A DNA stretch of 64,000 bases from a bacterium (GTDB lineage: Bacteria > Zhuqueibacterota > Zhuqueibacteria > Residuimicrobiales > Krinioviventaceae), in contig CAXXMD010000003.1 in NCBI GenBank assembly GCA_963675755.2, forward strand, positions 224,001-288,000. The letters run 5' to 3'. Under the pieces are notes generated by a model that ran no database searches, was not told where the DNA came from, and saw nothing but the letters and a program-made list of their open reading frames with translations. Below are positions 37,269-49,014 of the stretch, piece after piece. Position 1 is the first letter of the stretch, and each line of letters starts with the position of its first letter. A program made the position numbers and the translations under genes.

Positions 37269-38235
37269 TTATGGGAAATGCAGAATACCCAAATTTATCA
37301 ATAATATCCGGATCAACCTTTCCGGTATACATAACAATACCCGCGTTATCACCTCTTACCGCACCGGCTCCACATATTTTTGCCGCGCCGCCCAAATCTT
37401 GCACAATGGATATAAATTTTTGGACCTTTTCTGGTACCACTCCAATTTGGGTCAAAAGAGTATGGTTGTTACGTATAGTTTCTAAAAATCTATTTTCATT
37501 CTGCAATTCCAAAGATGCTTGCATCGTTTCAGTAACATCTTTGAACTCAGACCAAATACCGCTGTTTGTAAAATTTTCTCTTACGGCGTTAACACATTCG
37601 CCGGTCCCTGAAACCGGGTTCCCGGTATAGGCAATATTCAGTTCCCATACGGGTGATTGTATTTTTTCTGCCTGCTTGTTCTGGTATTTTACACACCCTC
37701 CATGCAGGGCAATATATGGATCAACACCACTGGAACGGCCATGCAGCAGATTTTCTGCTTCTAATGCAAGATTATAAAACTGTCCATCATCTTTTATATG
37801 TAAATGTGTGGCCATAGCCAATAGTGAGCTTACAATAACAGATGCCGAAGATCCCATACCACCCCCGATCGGTAGTTGGGATGAAACTGTTAAATCGAAT
37901 CCTTCATCCAGAGTCAAATTGTAAATTTCTGAAAAGCCGGTAATCAAATAAACAAACAAATGAATAGGATCACCCAATACCTGATTGGCTTCAATTTGTC
38001 CATTTAAAAATTTTTTATATTTCTTTTTTAATTCATCCCTGATCGCGGATAATTCTGTAATCGATACGCTTTTATCAATCCCAAGATCAGGTAAATGAAT
38101 CACAATATCTTTAACTTTTAATGGTTTAATCTGGCATGTTGAAAACCGGTCCACGGCCATGACCAAAGCCGGATTTCCATAGACAACCGCATGCTCTCCA
38201 CTGATAATGATTTTACCGGGAGCAACAGCCCTCAC
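37237..38235 (-). CDS. mvk: Mevalonate kinase
   Basis: PGKIIISGEHAVVYG, PIGGGMGSSAS, HGRSSGVD, KICGAG. Confidence 0.92.
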   Translation of the reverse strand: MRAVAPGKIIISGEHAVVYGNPALVMAVDRFSTCQIKPLKVKDIVIHLPDLGIDKSVSITELSAIRDELKKKYKKFLNGQIEANQVLGDPIHLFVYLITGFSEIYNLTLDEGFDLTVSSQLPIGGGMGSSASVIVSSLLAMATHLHIKDDGQFYNLALEAENLLHGRSSGVDPYIALHGGCVKYQNKQAEKIQSPVWELNIAYTGNPVSGTGECVNAVRENFTNSGIWSEFKDVTETMQASLELQNENRFLETIRNNHTLLTQIGVVPEKVQKFISIVQDLGGAAKICGAGAVRGDNAGIVMYTGKVDPDIIDKFGYSAFPISVEEKGAKII

Positions 38236-39401
38236 TCTATCTCCTGATAGATGCGTTTCTGGTTCTGAATACCCGCCAATCGAAATCGACCGGTATGGTG
38301 TTTTTCTATTTCAATATCTTTATCAGATTTGGTATAGGCATTGTAAAATTCCGAGTATTCCGCGTATGTTAGAGATTTTCGATTGCTCAAAAAGTCCTGA
38401 CGTTCTTTTGTGTGCAAATATTTTTCATACCCCGATAAAATTTCGCCACTGAAAAACTCGCCCACACATCCGGAGCCATAACTGAACAAACCAATGGTTT
38501 TTCCGGTCAGATCACTGGAAGTATTGTCGAGTAGAGACAATAGCCCCAAAAACAATGACGCGGCATAGGTATTGCCAACAATTCGGTTATACACCAAAGA
38601 GTTTTCAATCTGGGCCATAATCTCTTCTTCAGTCATTTCTTTTTCGCAAAACGTTTTTGCGAGATGTAAATGCGCCTTTTCTCCCATACGGGAAAAAGGT
38701 AAATGATAACAAAAATAATCACAATCAGGATATGTTCTTCCGGATTCTCTGCTGTATTGCTGCCACGATTCGGATAATGCTTTTAAATACATCTTGATCG
38801 AAAATTTGCCATCTACCAGTGCCTCATCGCGATAGTTGGGGCGCCAAAAATCCATCACATCCTCGGTAAACATGCCCGATTCCGGGTGGAAAACAAGAAT
38901 ACGTGGATTTGCAGATATCACCATGGCCACGGCACCGGCGCCCTGGGTAGGTTCACCTGCAGAACCCAGACCATATCTGGCAATATCAGAAGCAACAACC
39001 AATATCTTTCTATCTGGTTTGGCATAAACATAAGGCAATGCCATTTGAATAGCAGCAGCACCGCTATAACAGGCTTGTTTGAGCTCAAACACTCTGCAAT
39101 TTTTATTTAAATTTAACAATTGATGTAAATATACACCTGCGGCTTTAGATTGGTCGATCCCTGATTCTGTGGCAAACATGACGGTATCAATTTTTTCCTT
39201 GTCAATACCTTCAAGTGCCTTGAACGCGGCATTTGCGGCCAGAGTTACTACATCTTCATCAGGAGGTGGTGTAGACATTTTTTCCTGTCCTATTCCACTG
39301 TAATATTTAGATACCGGTATGTTGCGTTCGTTTGCAATCTCTTCCAGATCCAGATAATAATGTGATGTAGCAAAATCAATTGATTCGATTCCAACTTTCA
39401 T
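38232..39401 (-). CDS. mvaS: Hydroxymethylglutaryl-CoA synthase
   Basis: ATESGIDQSK, ELKQACY, GEPTQGAGA, DFWRP. Confidence 0.96.
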   Translation of the reverse strand: MKVGIESIDFATSHYYLDLEEIANERNIPVSKYYSGIGQEKMSTPPPDEDVVTLAANAAFKALEGIDKEKIDTVMFATESGIDQSKAAGVYLHQLLNLNKNCRVFELKQACYSGAAAIQMALPYVYAKPDRKILVVASDIARYGLGSAGEPTQGAGAVAMVISANPRILVFHPESGMFTEDVMDFWRPNYRDEALVDGKFSIKMYLKALSESWQQYSRESGRTYPDCDYFCYHLPFSRMGEKAHLHLAKTFCEKEMTEEEIMAQIENSLVYNRIVGNTYAASLFLGLLSLLDNTSSDLTGKTIGLFSYGSGCVGEFFSGEILSGYEKYLHTKERQDFLSNRKSLTYAEYSEFYNAYTKSDKDIEIEKHHTGRFRLAGIQNQKRIYQEIE

Positions 39402-39413
39402 AAATAACCTTTT

Positions 39414-40451
39414 TCAGATAATATCGTTCCAGTTTATAATTAATGAAAAATTACGATGTAATGATTTTATATTTTTCATACCCAGCAAAAACATTGCTGT
39501 TACAAATTCTTTTTTCAAGCGTTCAATCACCTCAATGACTTTGTCTGGCGATTCCATTGCAGGTTTTAAAAAAGGTTTGGCAATACCACATAATGTTGCT
39601 CCCAACACTACTGATTTTACCATGTCGATACCGTTCCGCACACCGCCGGATGCCGTCAATGTAATATTATTGTGATATTTTGCCAGTTTTCCAAGAGAGA
39701 CAGGAGTAGGTATTCCCCAATCCTGAAACAGCTCACCTAGATCTCCACCATCATTATTCCGATAATTTTCAATACGGCTCCACGAGGTGCCACCAGTTCC
39801 GGCAACATCAATATACCGAACACCAGCTTCAATCAGTAATTCAGCATCAACATCAGATATACCGGCACCAACCTCTTTGACAATCAGCGGTACGTTCAGA
39901 TCATTAACAATATCAGATATTTTACTTTTCAACCCGGAAAAATCAGTATCTCCTTCCGGTTGTATAGCCTCCTGTAATGGATTCAGATGAAAGTACAACG
40001 CATCTGCATCCAATATATCAATAGCACGTTTACAATGTAACAGATCAAAACCATAATTGAGTTGAACAGCACCTAAATTGGCAAACAACAAGATATCTGG
40101 GGCAAAAGATCTCAGATCAAAACTCTTTTCGGCCTGGGTATTTTTAAACATAACCCGCTGAGAGCCAACACCCATGGCAACACCGGTCTTCTGGGCCGCA
40201 ATAGCACAATTTTTATTAATTGTTCTCACCAGATCATGATCTCCACCCGTCATGGATGAAATCAACAATGGAAAGGATAGACGTTTTCCCATATAGACAA
40301 CAGAAGGATCAACTTCTTGAATAGAGATTTCTGGCAATGCCCGGTGAGTCAGCCGGATAGAGTCAAAATAGTTCTTTCCCCTGTCTATATGTTCTTTATC
40401 ATTAACAATATTGATGTGTTGAACTTTGCGCTCATTGGTGAGGTCGCTCAT
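39414..40451 (-). CDS. fni: Type 2 isopentenyl-diphosphate delta-isomerase
   Basis: RKVQHI, ISSMTGG, GVGSQR, HLNPLQE, VKEVGAG, GGTSW. Confidence 0.96.
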   Translation of the reverse strand: MSDLTNERKVQHINIVNDKEHIDRGKNYFDSIRLTHRALPEISIQEVDPSVVYMGKRLSFPLLISSMTGGDHDLVRTINKNCAIAAQKTGVAMGVGSQRVMFKNTQAEKSFDLRSFAPDILLFANLGAVQLNYGFDLLHCKRAIDILDADALYFHLNPLQEAIQPEGDTDFSGLKSKISDIVNDLNVPLIVKEVGAGISDVDAELLIEAGVRYIDVAGTGGTSWSRIENYRNNDGGDLGELFQDWGIPTPVSLGKLAKYHNNITLTASGGVRNGIDMVKSVVLGATLCGIAKPFLKPAMESPDKVIEVIERLKKEFVTAMFLLGMKNIKSLHRNFSLIINWNDII

Positions 40452-41500
40452 TATCTCTCCATAGACTCATGCGTTTGCATCAGTTCTCCGGGGTTTGTCA
40501 ATGCTGCAAGTAATGACAATTCTCCACATAAAACTGTGGCTGCGGCAATTACGGCAAGGCGCTTTGCATTAGCGCCGGGTTCTCTTTTTTCATTACAGCC
40601 CAATAATTCAAGATTTTTGCTTACAAACTCTAAATCTTTACCATTGCCTACCGTACCCACAATTAAATGGGGTAAGGTGACTGAAAAATACAGGTCTCCA
40701 TTCCGCTCTTGAGCTAAAACAAAACCCTGAGAACCTTCTACAATATTGGCAGCATCCTGACCTGTAGCCAGATAAAATGCCAGTAACATATTGGCAAAAT
40801 GGGCATTTGCACTGCGTAATCCGCCTGCCAACATTGAACCAACCAGATTCTTTTTTATATTCAGATCAACAATCTTTTCAGGCGTTGTTTTCAGGTAACG
40901 GGTGCAGAGTTTTCTTGGAATTGTTACCTCTGCAATAACATTGCGTCCACGTCCCAATATTCCATTCACTGCAGACACTTTTTTATCTGAACAGAAATTA
41001 CCTGATACAGAAACATATTCCAGTTTTTCAAATTCATTCAACAGCCACACCAGAAAAGCATCGGCAGCTTTGGTCACCATATTATGGCCGGAAGCATCTC
41101 CTGATTGAATTTCAAGACGAATGTACAGCAAATTTGCTGTCAATTGATGATGTATATCCAAAAATGTTGCAAAACGACTTGTGGATTCTACTACGGCTTT
41201 GACCTTTTCGCGATTTGCATGCAAATACTGCACTACATTCAAAGCATATACTGCATCGGGAGCTTCTACCAATACAGATCTTGACATCCGGTCATCTACA
41301 ACAACAGCCTGAATACCACCCGAACGTAACGTAACACGGGCACCACGATTGGTAGAAGGCCATAATGGAGATTCAAAAGTGGCCATAGGAACCACTATTT
41401 CTTCGTTCACTACTGGTCCGTTAATTAACACAGGACCTATGGTCTGCATTGGAATTTGTGCAAATTGTTCGGGATGTTCTCCCATGAATTGATTACTCAC
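40451..41500 (-). CDS. HMG-CoA reductase, class I-like (actinobacterial/Paracoccus type)
   Basis: VPMATFESPLWPSTNRGA, GDASGHNMVT, SGNFCSDKK, SANAHFAN, ATGQDAANIVEGS, LCGELSL. Confidence 0.93.
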   Translation of the reverse strand: MSNQFMGEHPEQFAQIPMQTIGPVLINGPVVNEEIVVPMATFESPLWPSTNRGARVTLRSGGIQAVVVDDRMSRSVLVEAPDAVYALNVVQYLHANREKVKAVVESTSRFATFLDIHHQLTANLLYIRLEIQSGDASGHNMVTKAADAFLVWLLNEFEKLEYVSVSGNFCSDKKVSAVNGILGRGRNVIAEVTIPRKLCTRYLKTTPEKIVDLNIKKNLVGSMLAGGLRSANAHFANMLLAFYLATGQDAANIVEGSQGFVLAQERNGDLYFSVTLPHLIVGTVGNGKDLEFVSKNLELLGCNEKREPGANAKRLAVIAAATVLCGELSLLAALTNPGELMQTHESMER

Positions 41501-41608
41501 TTTTGTTTCGAATTAATCTACTAATTTAGAGTTTTTTTTAATTTATCCAAGATTTAATCTGTATAAACAGCAAGAATATTCGAACAAAATCCCCCTTGAA
41601 AAAATTCT

Positions 41609-42727
41609 TTATTTTACATTTTTTTCATAAAAACGATAGGTTTTATATCGCTTTGCATCCAGATCTTCCAGAGATCCTATCATTCTTTTATTGGTTTCAA
41701 CAATAATAGAGCATTCTGATTGCGGAAAACCCATTTTGCGTCCCTGTTCTATGGAATTCAAATAGAATACAATTTCCAGGCCGCGGTGTCTGTATTCAGG
41801 CATAACACCCATTGCAATGGTGCGTAGATTGGTTATGTGCTTCATTTCATTTAGCATTTTAAAAATACCAAAAGGCAGCAGCCTTCCATTGGCTTTTTGA
41901 ATTGCCGGATTAGCATCTTTCAGGGTTAATGCAAAGCCCACACACTCGTCACCAACATAGGCGAAATAGCTCAATTCTTCAACCGCTACATATTTTAATT
42001 CTCCTGCCATATAATGCAATTGCGCATCTGTAAGCGGTACATGCCCCCAGTTTTCCATCCAGGCATAATTGAAAATTTTACCAACCTTAAATATTGCATC
42101 ATCCAGTTCTTTTATTGACAGGTTTTCAAGCCGGATATTATTTTGTTTTAGTACCCTGTCCCTGATTTTATAAAAAGAGGGTTTTATTTCTACATCCGAA
42201 TTTACCATAAAAGCATACCAGTCAATTGCTTTGCTCATGCCATAACCTTGTACAAGGTCATTATAATAAGGCGGATTATATGACAGCATTATTACCGGCA
42301 TAGAGTCAAATCCTTCATACAACATGGCACATTCATCATACAAAGTAAAACTGATAGGACCAACCATTTTACTTTTACCTTGTTCAGCCAGCCACGCAGA
42401 AGCTTTTTCCAGCAATGCATTTGCAACCTGTTGGTCATTTATACATTCAAAAAAACCAAAGAATCCTGTCTCTTTATCCTGATATTTTTCATACTGCCCG
42501 CTAATATGAGCAGAAATACGCCCCACAATTTTACCATCTTGCCAGGCAATAAAATATTCAGCCCTGCCAAATTCAAAAAATACACCTTTCTTTTTGTTCA
42601 AAAATCTGAGTTGATCAGAAATCAATGGGGGAACCCAATAAGGATCATTTTTGTAAAGCGAAAAAGGAAATTTAATAAATTTTTTCAAATCTTGCTTACT
42701 AACCACCCGGGTAACCAGTATTTGCAT
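41609..42727 (-). CDS. GNAT-fold N-acetyltransferase (YghO-like)
   Basis: FIKFPFSLYKNDPYWVPPL, GFFGFFEC, YNPPYY, AWMENWGHVP, NGRLLPFG. Confidence 0.8.
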   Translation of the reverse strand: MQILVTRVVSKQDLKKFIKFPFSLYKNDPYWVPPLISDQLRFLNKKKGVFFEFGRAEYFIAWQDGKIVGRISAHISGQYEKYQDKETGFFGFFECINDQQVANALLEKASAWLAEQGKSKMVGPISFTLYDECAMLYEGFDSMPVIMLSYNPPYYNDLVQGYGMSKAIDWYAFMVNSDVEIKPSFYKIRDRVLKQNNIRLENLSIKELDDAIFKVGKIFNYAWMENWGHVPLTDAQLHYMAGELKYVAVEELSYFAYVGDECVGFALTLKDANPAIQKANGRLLPFGIFKMLNEMKHITNLRTIAMGVMPEYRHRGLEIVFYLNSIEQGRKMGFPQSECSIIVETNKRMIGSLEDLDAKRYKTYRFYEKNVK

Positions 42728-42843
42728 AACTTGCTCCGTTTTTCACATGTTGAACAATTAATGTATTTTTTTATTGAATTTTATTTTTATATTTATTATA
42801 TTTCAAGGTTTTGATATTAAACATATAAATAGCGAGAGGTCCA

Positions 42844-43098
42844 ATGGCACATCATAAATCAGCAATTAAACGCATTCAAACCAATGCGCGTGATAACTTG
42901 AAGAATAAAGTTTACATGTCTTCATTAAAAACTCAGGTTAAAAAAGTAAGATCTGCATCTACTAAAGAAGAAGCTGAAACTCAGTTTCGCCTTGCTTCTT
43001 CCAAACTCGACAAACTGGTAAACAAGGGCATCATCCATCGCAATAAAGCTGCGAACCAGAAATCACGTCTTGCTGCGGTTGTCAATACTATTGAATAG
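42844..43098 (+). CDS. rpsT: 30S ribosomal protein S20
   Basis: MAHHKSAIKRI...KGIIHRNKAANQKSRL. Confidence 0.97.
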   Translation: MAHHKSAIKRIQTNARDNLKNKVYMSSLKTQVKKVRSASTKEEAETQFRLASSKLDKLVNKGIIHRNKAANQKSRLAAVVNTIE

Positions 43099-43125
43099 TA
43101 TTCAAAAACTTTTTGACAAAAAAAT

Positions 43126-43156
43126 AAACCGGGTCAATTTGAAACCCGGTTTTTTG
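43126..43156. terminator. Bidirectional terminator between rpsT and guaB
   Basis: AAACCGGGT...ACCCGGTTT flanked by A- and T-runs. Confidence 0.75.
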
Positions 43157-43174
43157 GTTTATATACTCGTTTAA

Positions 43175-44650
<1,476 letters not shown>

Positions 44651-44696
44651 TTATTCTCCAAAAATATATCTATTCCAAATGATTACCTATAATTGC

Positions 44697-44746
44697 ATAA
44701 AAGCTTATGATGTCAACATAGTTATCCTGTCATCATAAGCTTTTAT
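44697..44746. repeat. 16-bp perfect inverted repeat upstream of guaB
   Basis: ATAAAAGCTTATGATG-N18-CATCATAAGCTTTTAT. Confidence 0.75.
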
Positions 44747-44872
44747 CAGATTATCCAAATTTGTACTATCAAACATTTCTCCGGATAATGTATCTAAAAG
44801 TTTAACAATTTTTTAATTAAGAATCAACAGTTTTTTCAAGTGATTAATACTGTTTTAGGTAATCCTGATGTT

Positions 44873-45556
44873 TTACAATTCCCCAATAGTCTGAAATTCC
44901 GCATACAATTTAAGTATTGCCGGAACATAACCCCGTGTTTCTTTCCATAAAATATTATCATTTTTATTAGATGCTAACCACAAACGGGCAATACGTGGTC
45001 CCGCATTATATGCTGCCAAACCACCATCATGATCGTACATGGTTACCATTTCATTCAGATACCTGCATCCCAGACGAATATTTACCAAAGGATCGTTCAA
45101 CAATTTGCTGGAAGTCCATTCAATCCCCTCTTCTGCAGCCAAATATTCCCCGGTTGACGGCATGATCTGCATCAGGCCAATTGCACCCACACGTGAAACG
45201 ATTTGCGGGTCCCAGGTATTGGCGCTTTCATGGGTAATGGTAGCCGCTATAAAATCTATATTCAGATTCGGATACTTTACACTCATCTCATAGATTTCGT
45301 TAGCAATATCAACTCTTTGGCTGTCATTCATTTCATTATTATATTTTTCAATAATATCTACAATTTTACGCACACTTTTGCTGCGTTCCTGATCTACTTG
45401 AGCCATAGATTCATGAATAATTAAACTTTTACTTATATCGGAAATATACTGTTCCTGGCTGTTCTTGCTTTCAATTACCGCAAAAGAAACAACTACCATC
45501 ACCAATATAATTAAAAGTGCACCAAACAGAATGCTAATACTGTATTTAATTTTCAC
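44873..45556 (-). CDS. Lytic transglycosylase (SLT domain), membrane-anchored
   Basis: ITHES, GAIGLMQIMPSTG, NIRLGCRYL, LAAYNAGP, ETRGYV. Confidence 0.92.
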   Translation of the reverse strand: MKIKYSISILFGALLIILVMVVVSFAVIESKNSQEQYISDISKSLIIHESMAQVDQERSKSVRKIVDIIEKYNNEMNDSQRVDIANEIYEMSVKYPNLNIDFIAATITHESANTWDPQIVSRVGAIGLMQIMPSTGEYLAAEEGIEWTSSKLLNDPLVNIRLGCRYLNEMVTMYDHDGGLAAYNAGPRIARLWLASNKNDNILWKETRGYVPAILKLYAEFQTIGEL

Positions 45557-45830
45557 ATCTACTCCAAATTACTTCCAAAAGCTTATTAACAACACAATAT
45601 CAATTTTTATGCCAGAACAATATAAAAAAATCGATAAAAATCACAATAATTACGAATTACTGAATTCGTTTTCAACATTATACGCACAAAACCTCTCAAT
45701 AGATTCATTTTTTATATTCAACAATAGTAGTGTAGTAAAATAGTATGGTTTCTGCGCAAATTTTTCATTTGCATGAAAAATTAAACCCCTTTTTTTTTAC
45801 CCATCAATTTAAAAACATGAATGTAATCAC

Positions 45831-45859
45831 TTGACATATTTTCAATTCTTTTGTATACT
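45831..45859 (+). promoter_or_regulatory. Sigma-70 promoter of the fumarate hydratase genes
   Basis: TTGACA-17 bp-TATACT. Confidence 0.75.
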
Positions 45860-45912
45860 ACACAACATGAAGAATATTTGCTTACAGCCTTAAACAAATC
45901 AGGAGGCTAGTT

Positions 45913-46755
45913 ATGCGCGAATTACCGTATGATAGTGTGGTGCAAAACGTTGCTGAGCTTTGCATTAACGCAAACTATCAACTAGGTGATGATGTCATCC
46001 AGTCATTTCAGGATAACCTGAAAAAAGAAAACTCTCCCACCGGCCGTGCAATTCTTGAACAGCTCATTGAAAATGCAAAAATCTCTAAAAACGGTGTCTT
46101 CCCACTCTGTCAGGATACCGGTTTTTCAATATTTTTTGTAGAAATGGGCCAAGATGTGCATATAACCGGCGGAACTCTGAACCAGGCCATTAATGAGGGC
46201 GTTCGCTCTGGCTACAAAGATGGATATTTAAGAAAATCTATTGTTGAAGATCCTTTACGCAGGGTCAACACAAAAGATAACACACCTGCCATCATCTGGA
46301 CAGATATTGTTCCGGGAGACAAGTTAAAAATTACCATGGCCCCAAAAGGCGGTGGAAGTGAAAACATGAGCGAAGTTGCCATGCTCAAACCTGCCGATGG
46401 CGCCGAAGGCGTCAAAAACTTTGTGATAGATAAGGTCAGCAGATCTGGTGGAAATCCCTGCCCCCCTATTATTGTGGGTGTGGGCATTGGAGGTACTTTT
46501 GAAAAAGTCGCCTGGCTGGCAAAAAAATCACTTACACGTTCAATTGGTGACCGCAATCCGGATCCATTTTACGCGGATATGGAATTAGAATTGCTTGAAA
46601 AAGTGAACAAATTAGGCATTGGACCCCAGGGTTTAGGCGGCAATACAACAGCTCTTGATGTTCACATTGAAGTACATCCGTGTCACATTGCATCGTTACC
46701 GGCGTCAGTGAATATACAATGTCATTCGGCCCGGCATAAATCGGTTGAATTGTAA
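45913..46755 (+). CDS. Fe-S fumarate hydratase class I, alpha subunit
   Basis: PLCQDTG, KGGGSEN, NPCPP, PCHIASLP, QCHSARH. Confidence 0.93.
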   Translation: MRELPYDSVVQNVAELCINANYQLGDDVIQSFQDNLKKENSPTGRAILEQLIENAKISKNGVFPLCQDTGFSIFFVEMGQDVHITGGTLNQAINEGVRSGYKDGYLRKSIVEDPLRRVNTKDNTPAIIWTDIVPGDKLKITMAPKGGGSENMSEVAMLKPADGAEGVKNFVIDKVSRSGGNPCPPIIVGVGIGGTFEKVAWLAKKSLTRSIGDRNPDPFYADMELELLEKVNKLGIGPQGLGGNTTALDVHIEVHPCHIASLPASVNIQCHSARHKSVEL

Positions 46756-46780
46756 TTTTGTAAAAACAGGGAAACCTATT

Positions 46781-47338
46781 ATGGCAGAAACAATATCTTT
46801 AACAACTCCACTTGATGAAAAACAAGTGGAAAAGCTGCATGCCGGAGACAATGTATTGATCACCGGTATTATCTACACAGCACGAGATGCGGCTCATAAA
46901 CGTCTTGTTGAACTGCTTGATTCAGGTCAGGACCTCCCCATTGATGTTAAAGGACACCTGATATATTATGTTGGTCCATCACCAGCGCGCCCCGGCCAGG
47001 TAATTGGTTCAGCGGGTCCCACTACAAGTTACCGTATGGATCCCTATGCTCCTAAGATTCTAAAAGCGGGTTCACGGGGAATGATTGGTAAAGGTGAAAT
47101 GGGTGCAAATGTAGCACAAGCTCTTCAAGAGTATAAAGGTGTTTACATGACAGCAGTTGGAGGTGCCGCAGCACTGATAGCCAAATCCATTCAAGACAGC
47201 CAGGTAGTGGCTTATGATGAACTTGGTGCTGAAGCAATTAGAATGTTAACAGTAAAAGATTTTCCGGCCGTAGTTGCTCAAGACGCACATGGCGGCAATA
47301 GTTTTGTAGACGGCCGGAATCAGTATAAATCTGAATAA
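46781..47338 (+). CDS. Fe-S fumarate hydratase class I, beta subunit
   Basis: YTARDAAHKRL, GSAGPTTSYRMD, MIGKG, ELGAEA; start moved to ATG 46781. Confidence 0.93.
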   Translation: MAETISLTTPLDEKQVEKLHAGDNVLITGIIYTARDAAHKRLVELLDSGQDLPIDVKGHLIYYVGPSPARPGQVIGSAGPTTSYRMDPYAPKILKAGSRGMIGKGEMGANVAQALQEYKGVYMTAVGGAAALIAKSIQDSQVVAYDELGAEAIRMLTVKDFPAVVAQDAHGGNSFVDGRNQYKSE

Positions 47339-47340
47339 AT

Positions 47341-47721
47341 TTAAGAACGGGCGCCAGCCAAATTGGCGCCTGTTAAATTTGCATCTCGGGTAACCGCCCC
47401 TGACATATCAGATTCACGCATATCGGAATTCCAAAGATTTGCATTTTTTAAATTCGCATTCGACAAATTTGCACCAATAAACTTGCATTCACGCAAATCG
47501 GCTTGCCATAAATCTGCACCCCTCAGATCAGCTTTAGTCAAATCTGACTTGCGTAGTTCTGCTCTTCGAAGATCTGCTTTGCGGAAATCGACACCTTTTA
47601 AATCCTCATTAAAAAAATCAATTCCCCTCAAATCTATACGTTCATTGGGATTCTTTTTTCTCCACTCGTTCCAACATTTTACACCCTTTTTCAATACCGC
47701 CACTTGTTCCGGATTTGCCAT
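47341..47721 (-). CDS. Pentapeptide repeat protein
   Basis: MANPEQ...GVKCWNEWRKKNP lead-in, then A(D/N)LXX repeats; start at ATG 47721 behind GAGG. Confidence 0.9.
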   Translation of the reverse strand: MANPEQVAVLKKGVKCWNEWRKKNPNERIDLRGIDFFNEDLKGVDFRKADLRRAELRKSDLTKADLRGADLWQADLRECKFIGANLSNANLKNANLWNSDMRESDMSGAVTRDANLTGANLAGARS

Positions 47722-47795
47722 TTTCTTTTCCTCAACCTTAATATTTATTGCAATATAATGTATTTTCAATCAGCAATCAAATATTTTTTAACATT

Positions 47796-48626
47796 TTAGA
47801 CAGTCGGTTTGGGTGCTGCTGGAATATCAGGACTTTCAACAAAATCCTTATTAATTGGGATCAAATGTATACTTTTTTTGGCTTTACCTGTTTTCAAAGT
47901 TTTCAAAAACATTTCTTTTTTCAAGAGTTGAATAGCAAATGACGGATCTACATCTTTGGGGCAAACATCTGAACACGCACCCGCAAAGTGACAATTGGGT
48001 GCACCATGCCCGGAAAATGTAATTTCCAGCCGCTCATCGCTGCCTTCATCACGGGAATCTGCATTGTAACGATAGGCCTGCGCTAGCGCCTGAGGACCGG
48101 CAAACTGCTCATCCGTTGCAACCGTGGGACAAGCGGCAAGGCAGAGACCGCATTTAATACAATACGCAAACTGGATGTAATTGACAAGCTCTTCAGTACT
48201 CTGAAAGTATTCACCGGTTGGCATATTCTGCTCTTTAAGATCCTTCCGGATCAAATAAGGTTTAACCGATTTATGTTTTTGAAAAAAGCCTTCAAGATCA
48301 GGCACCAGATCCCGTATGATATCATAATTGGGTAAAGGTTTTATTTGAATACGGGATTTATGTATATGCAATATTTGATTATTACAAGCCAACCGCGGAT
48401 ATCCATTAATAAACATCCCGCAAGAACCGCAAACACCCATACGGCACGATGATCTCCAGGCAAGCCCCGGCTCAAGATGCTCTTTAATCCAGTGCAGACC
48501 GTCAAGAACTGTCATTCCCTTTGTTACCGGCACGGTATATTCCTGCATTCTCGGCGCATCATCGGTTTCAGGATTGTATCGTAATACTTCAAACACAACA
48601 TTTACTTTATCAGCTAGAGTAGTCAT
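47796..48626 (-). CDS. sdhB: Succinate dehydrogenase/fumarate reductase Fe-S subunit
   Basis: SCRMGVCGSCG, CIKCGLCLAACP, CHFAGACSDVCP; start at ATG 48626 behind AGGAG. Confidence 0.95.
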   Translation of the reverse strand: MTTLADKVNVVFEVLRYNPETDDAPRMQEYTVPVTKGMTVLDGLHWIKEHLEPGLAWRSSCRMGVCGSCGMFINGYPRLACNNQILHIHKSRIQIKPLPNYDIIRDLVPDLEGFFQKHKSVKPYLIRKDLKEQNMPTGEYFQSTEELVNYIQFAYCIKCGLCLAACPTVATDEQFAGPQALAQAYRYNADSRDEGSDERLEITFSGHGAPNCHFAGACSDVCPKDVDPSFAIQLLKKEMFLKTLKTGKAKKSIHLIPINKDFVESPDIPAAPKPTV

Positions 48627-48636
48627 AATAATTCTC

Positions 48637-48999
48637 CTAATTGACAAACACGAATACTGCCGCAAACGCGCCATAAGCAAACAAGGCCAGCCCAAGAATT
48701 GTTAAAAACACTGAAATGGATTTTTCAGCGCTTTTTGACATGGAAATCTCGAATAGAATATTTTTCAATCCATACAATCCATGATACAAAGCTGAACCCA
48801 ACAACAATATATAAGTGATCATGAAAAAAATATGCTTACTGCGGTGGAATACAGATTCCGCACTGATCGGTTCACGATATCCCAACCCAATGGCTGCCAG
48901 TATTTCATCCAGGTGCATAATAAACATGTGCATACCCAAAAGGAAAAATATTACAGCACCCGCTAAAAGATGAAAAACCCATAATTTACCTTCTCGCAT
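48637..48999 (-). CDS. Succinate dehydrogenase membrane anchor (SdhD-like)
   Basis: Three hydrophobic helices, YHGLYGLK; operon position. Confidence 0.85.
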   Translation of the reverse strand: MREGKLWVFHLLAGAVIFFLLGMHMFIMHLDEILAAIGLGYREPISAESVFHRSKHIFFMITYILLLGSALYHGLYGLKNILFEISMSKSAEKSISVFLTILGLALFAYGAFAAVFVFVN

Positions 49000-49014
49000 A
49001 ACATTCTCCCTTTT

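Noticed and set aside
44720-44790. Several TTATCC hexamers resembling DnaA boxes
   Set aside because: None is a full TTATCCACA match and no dnaA/dnaN context is present; insufficient to call oriC.
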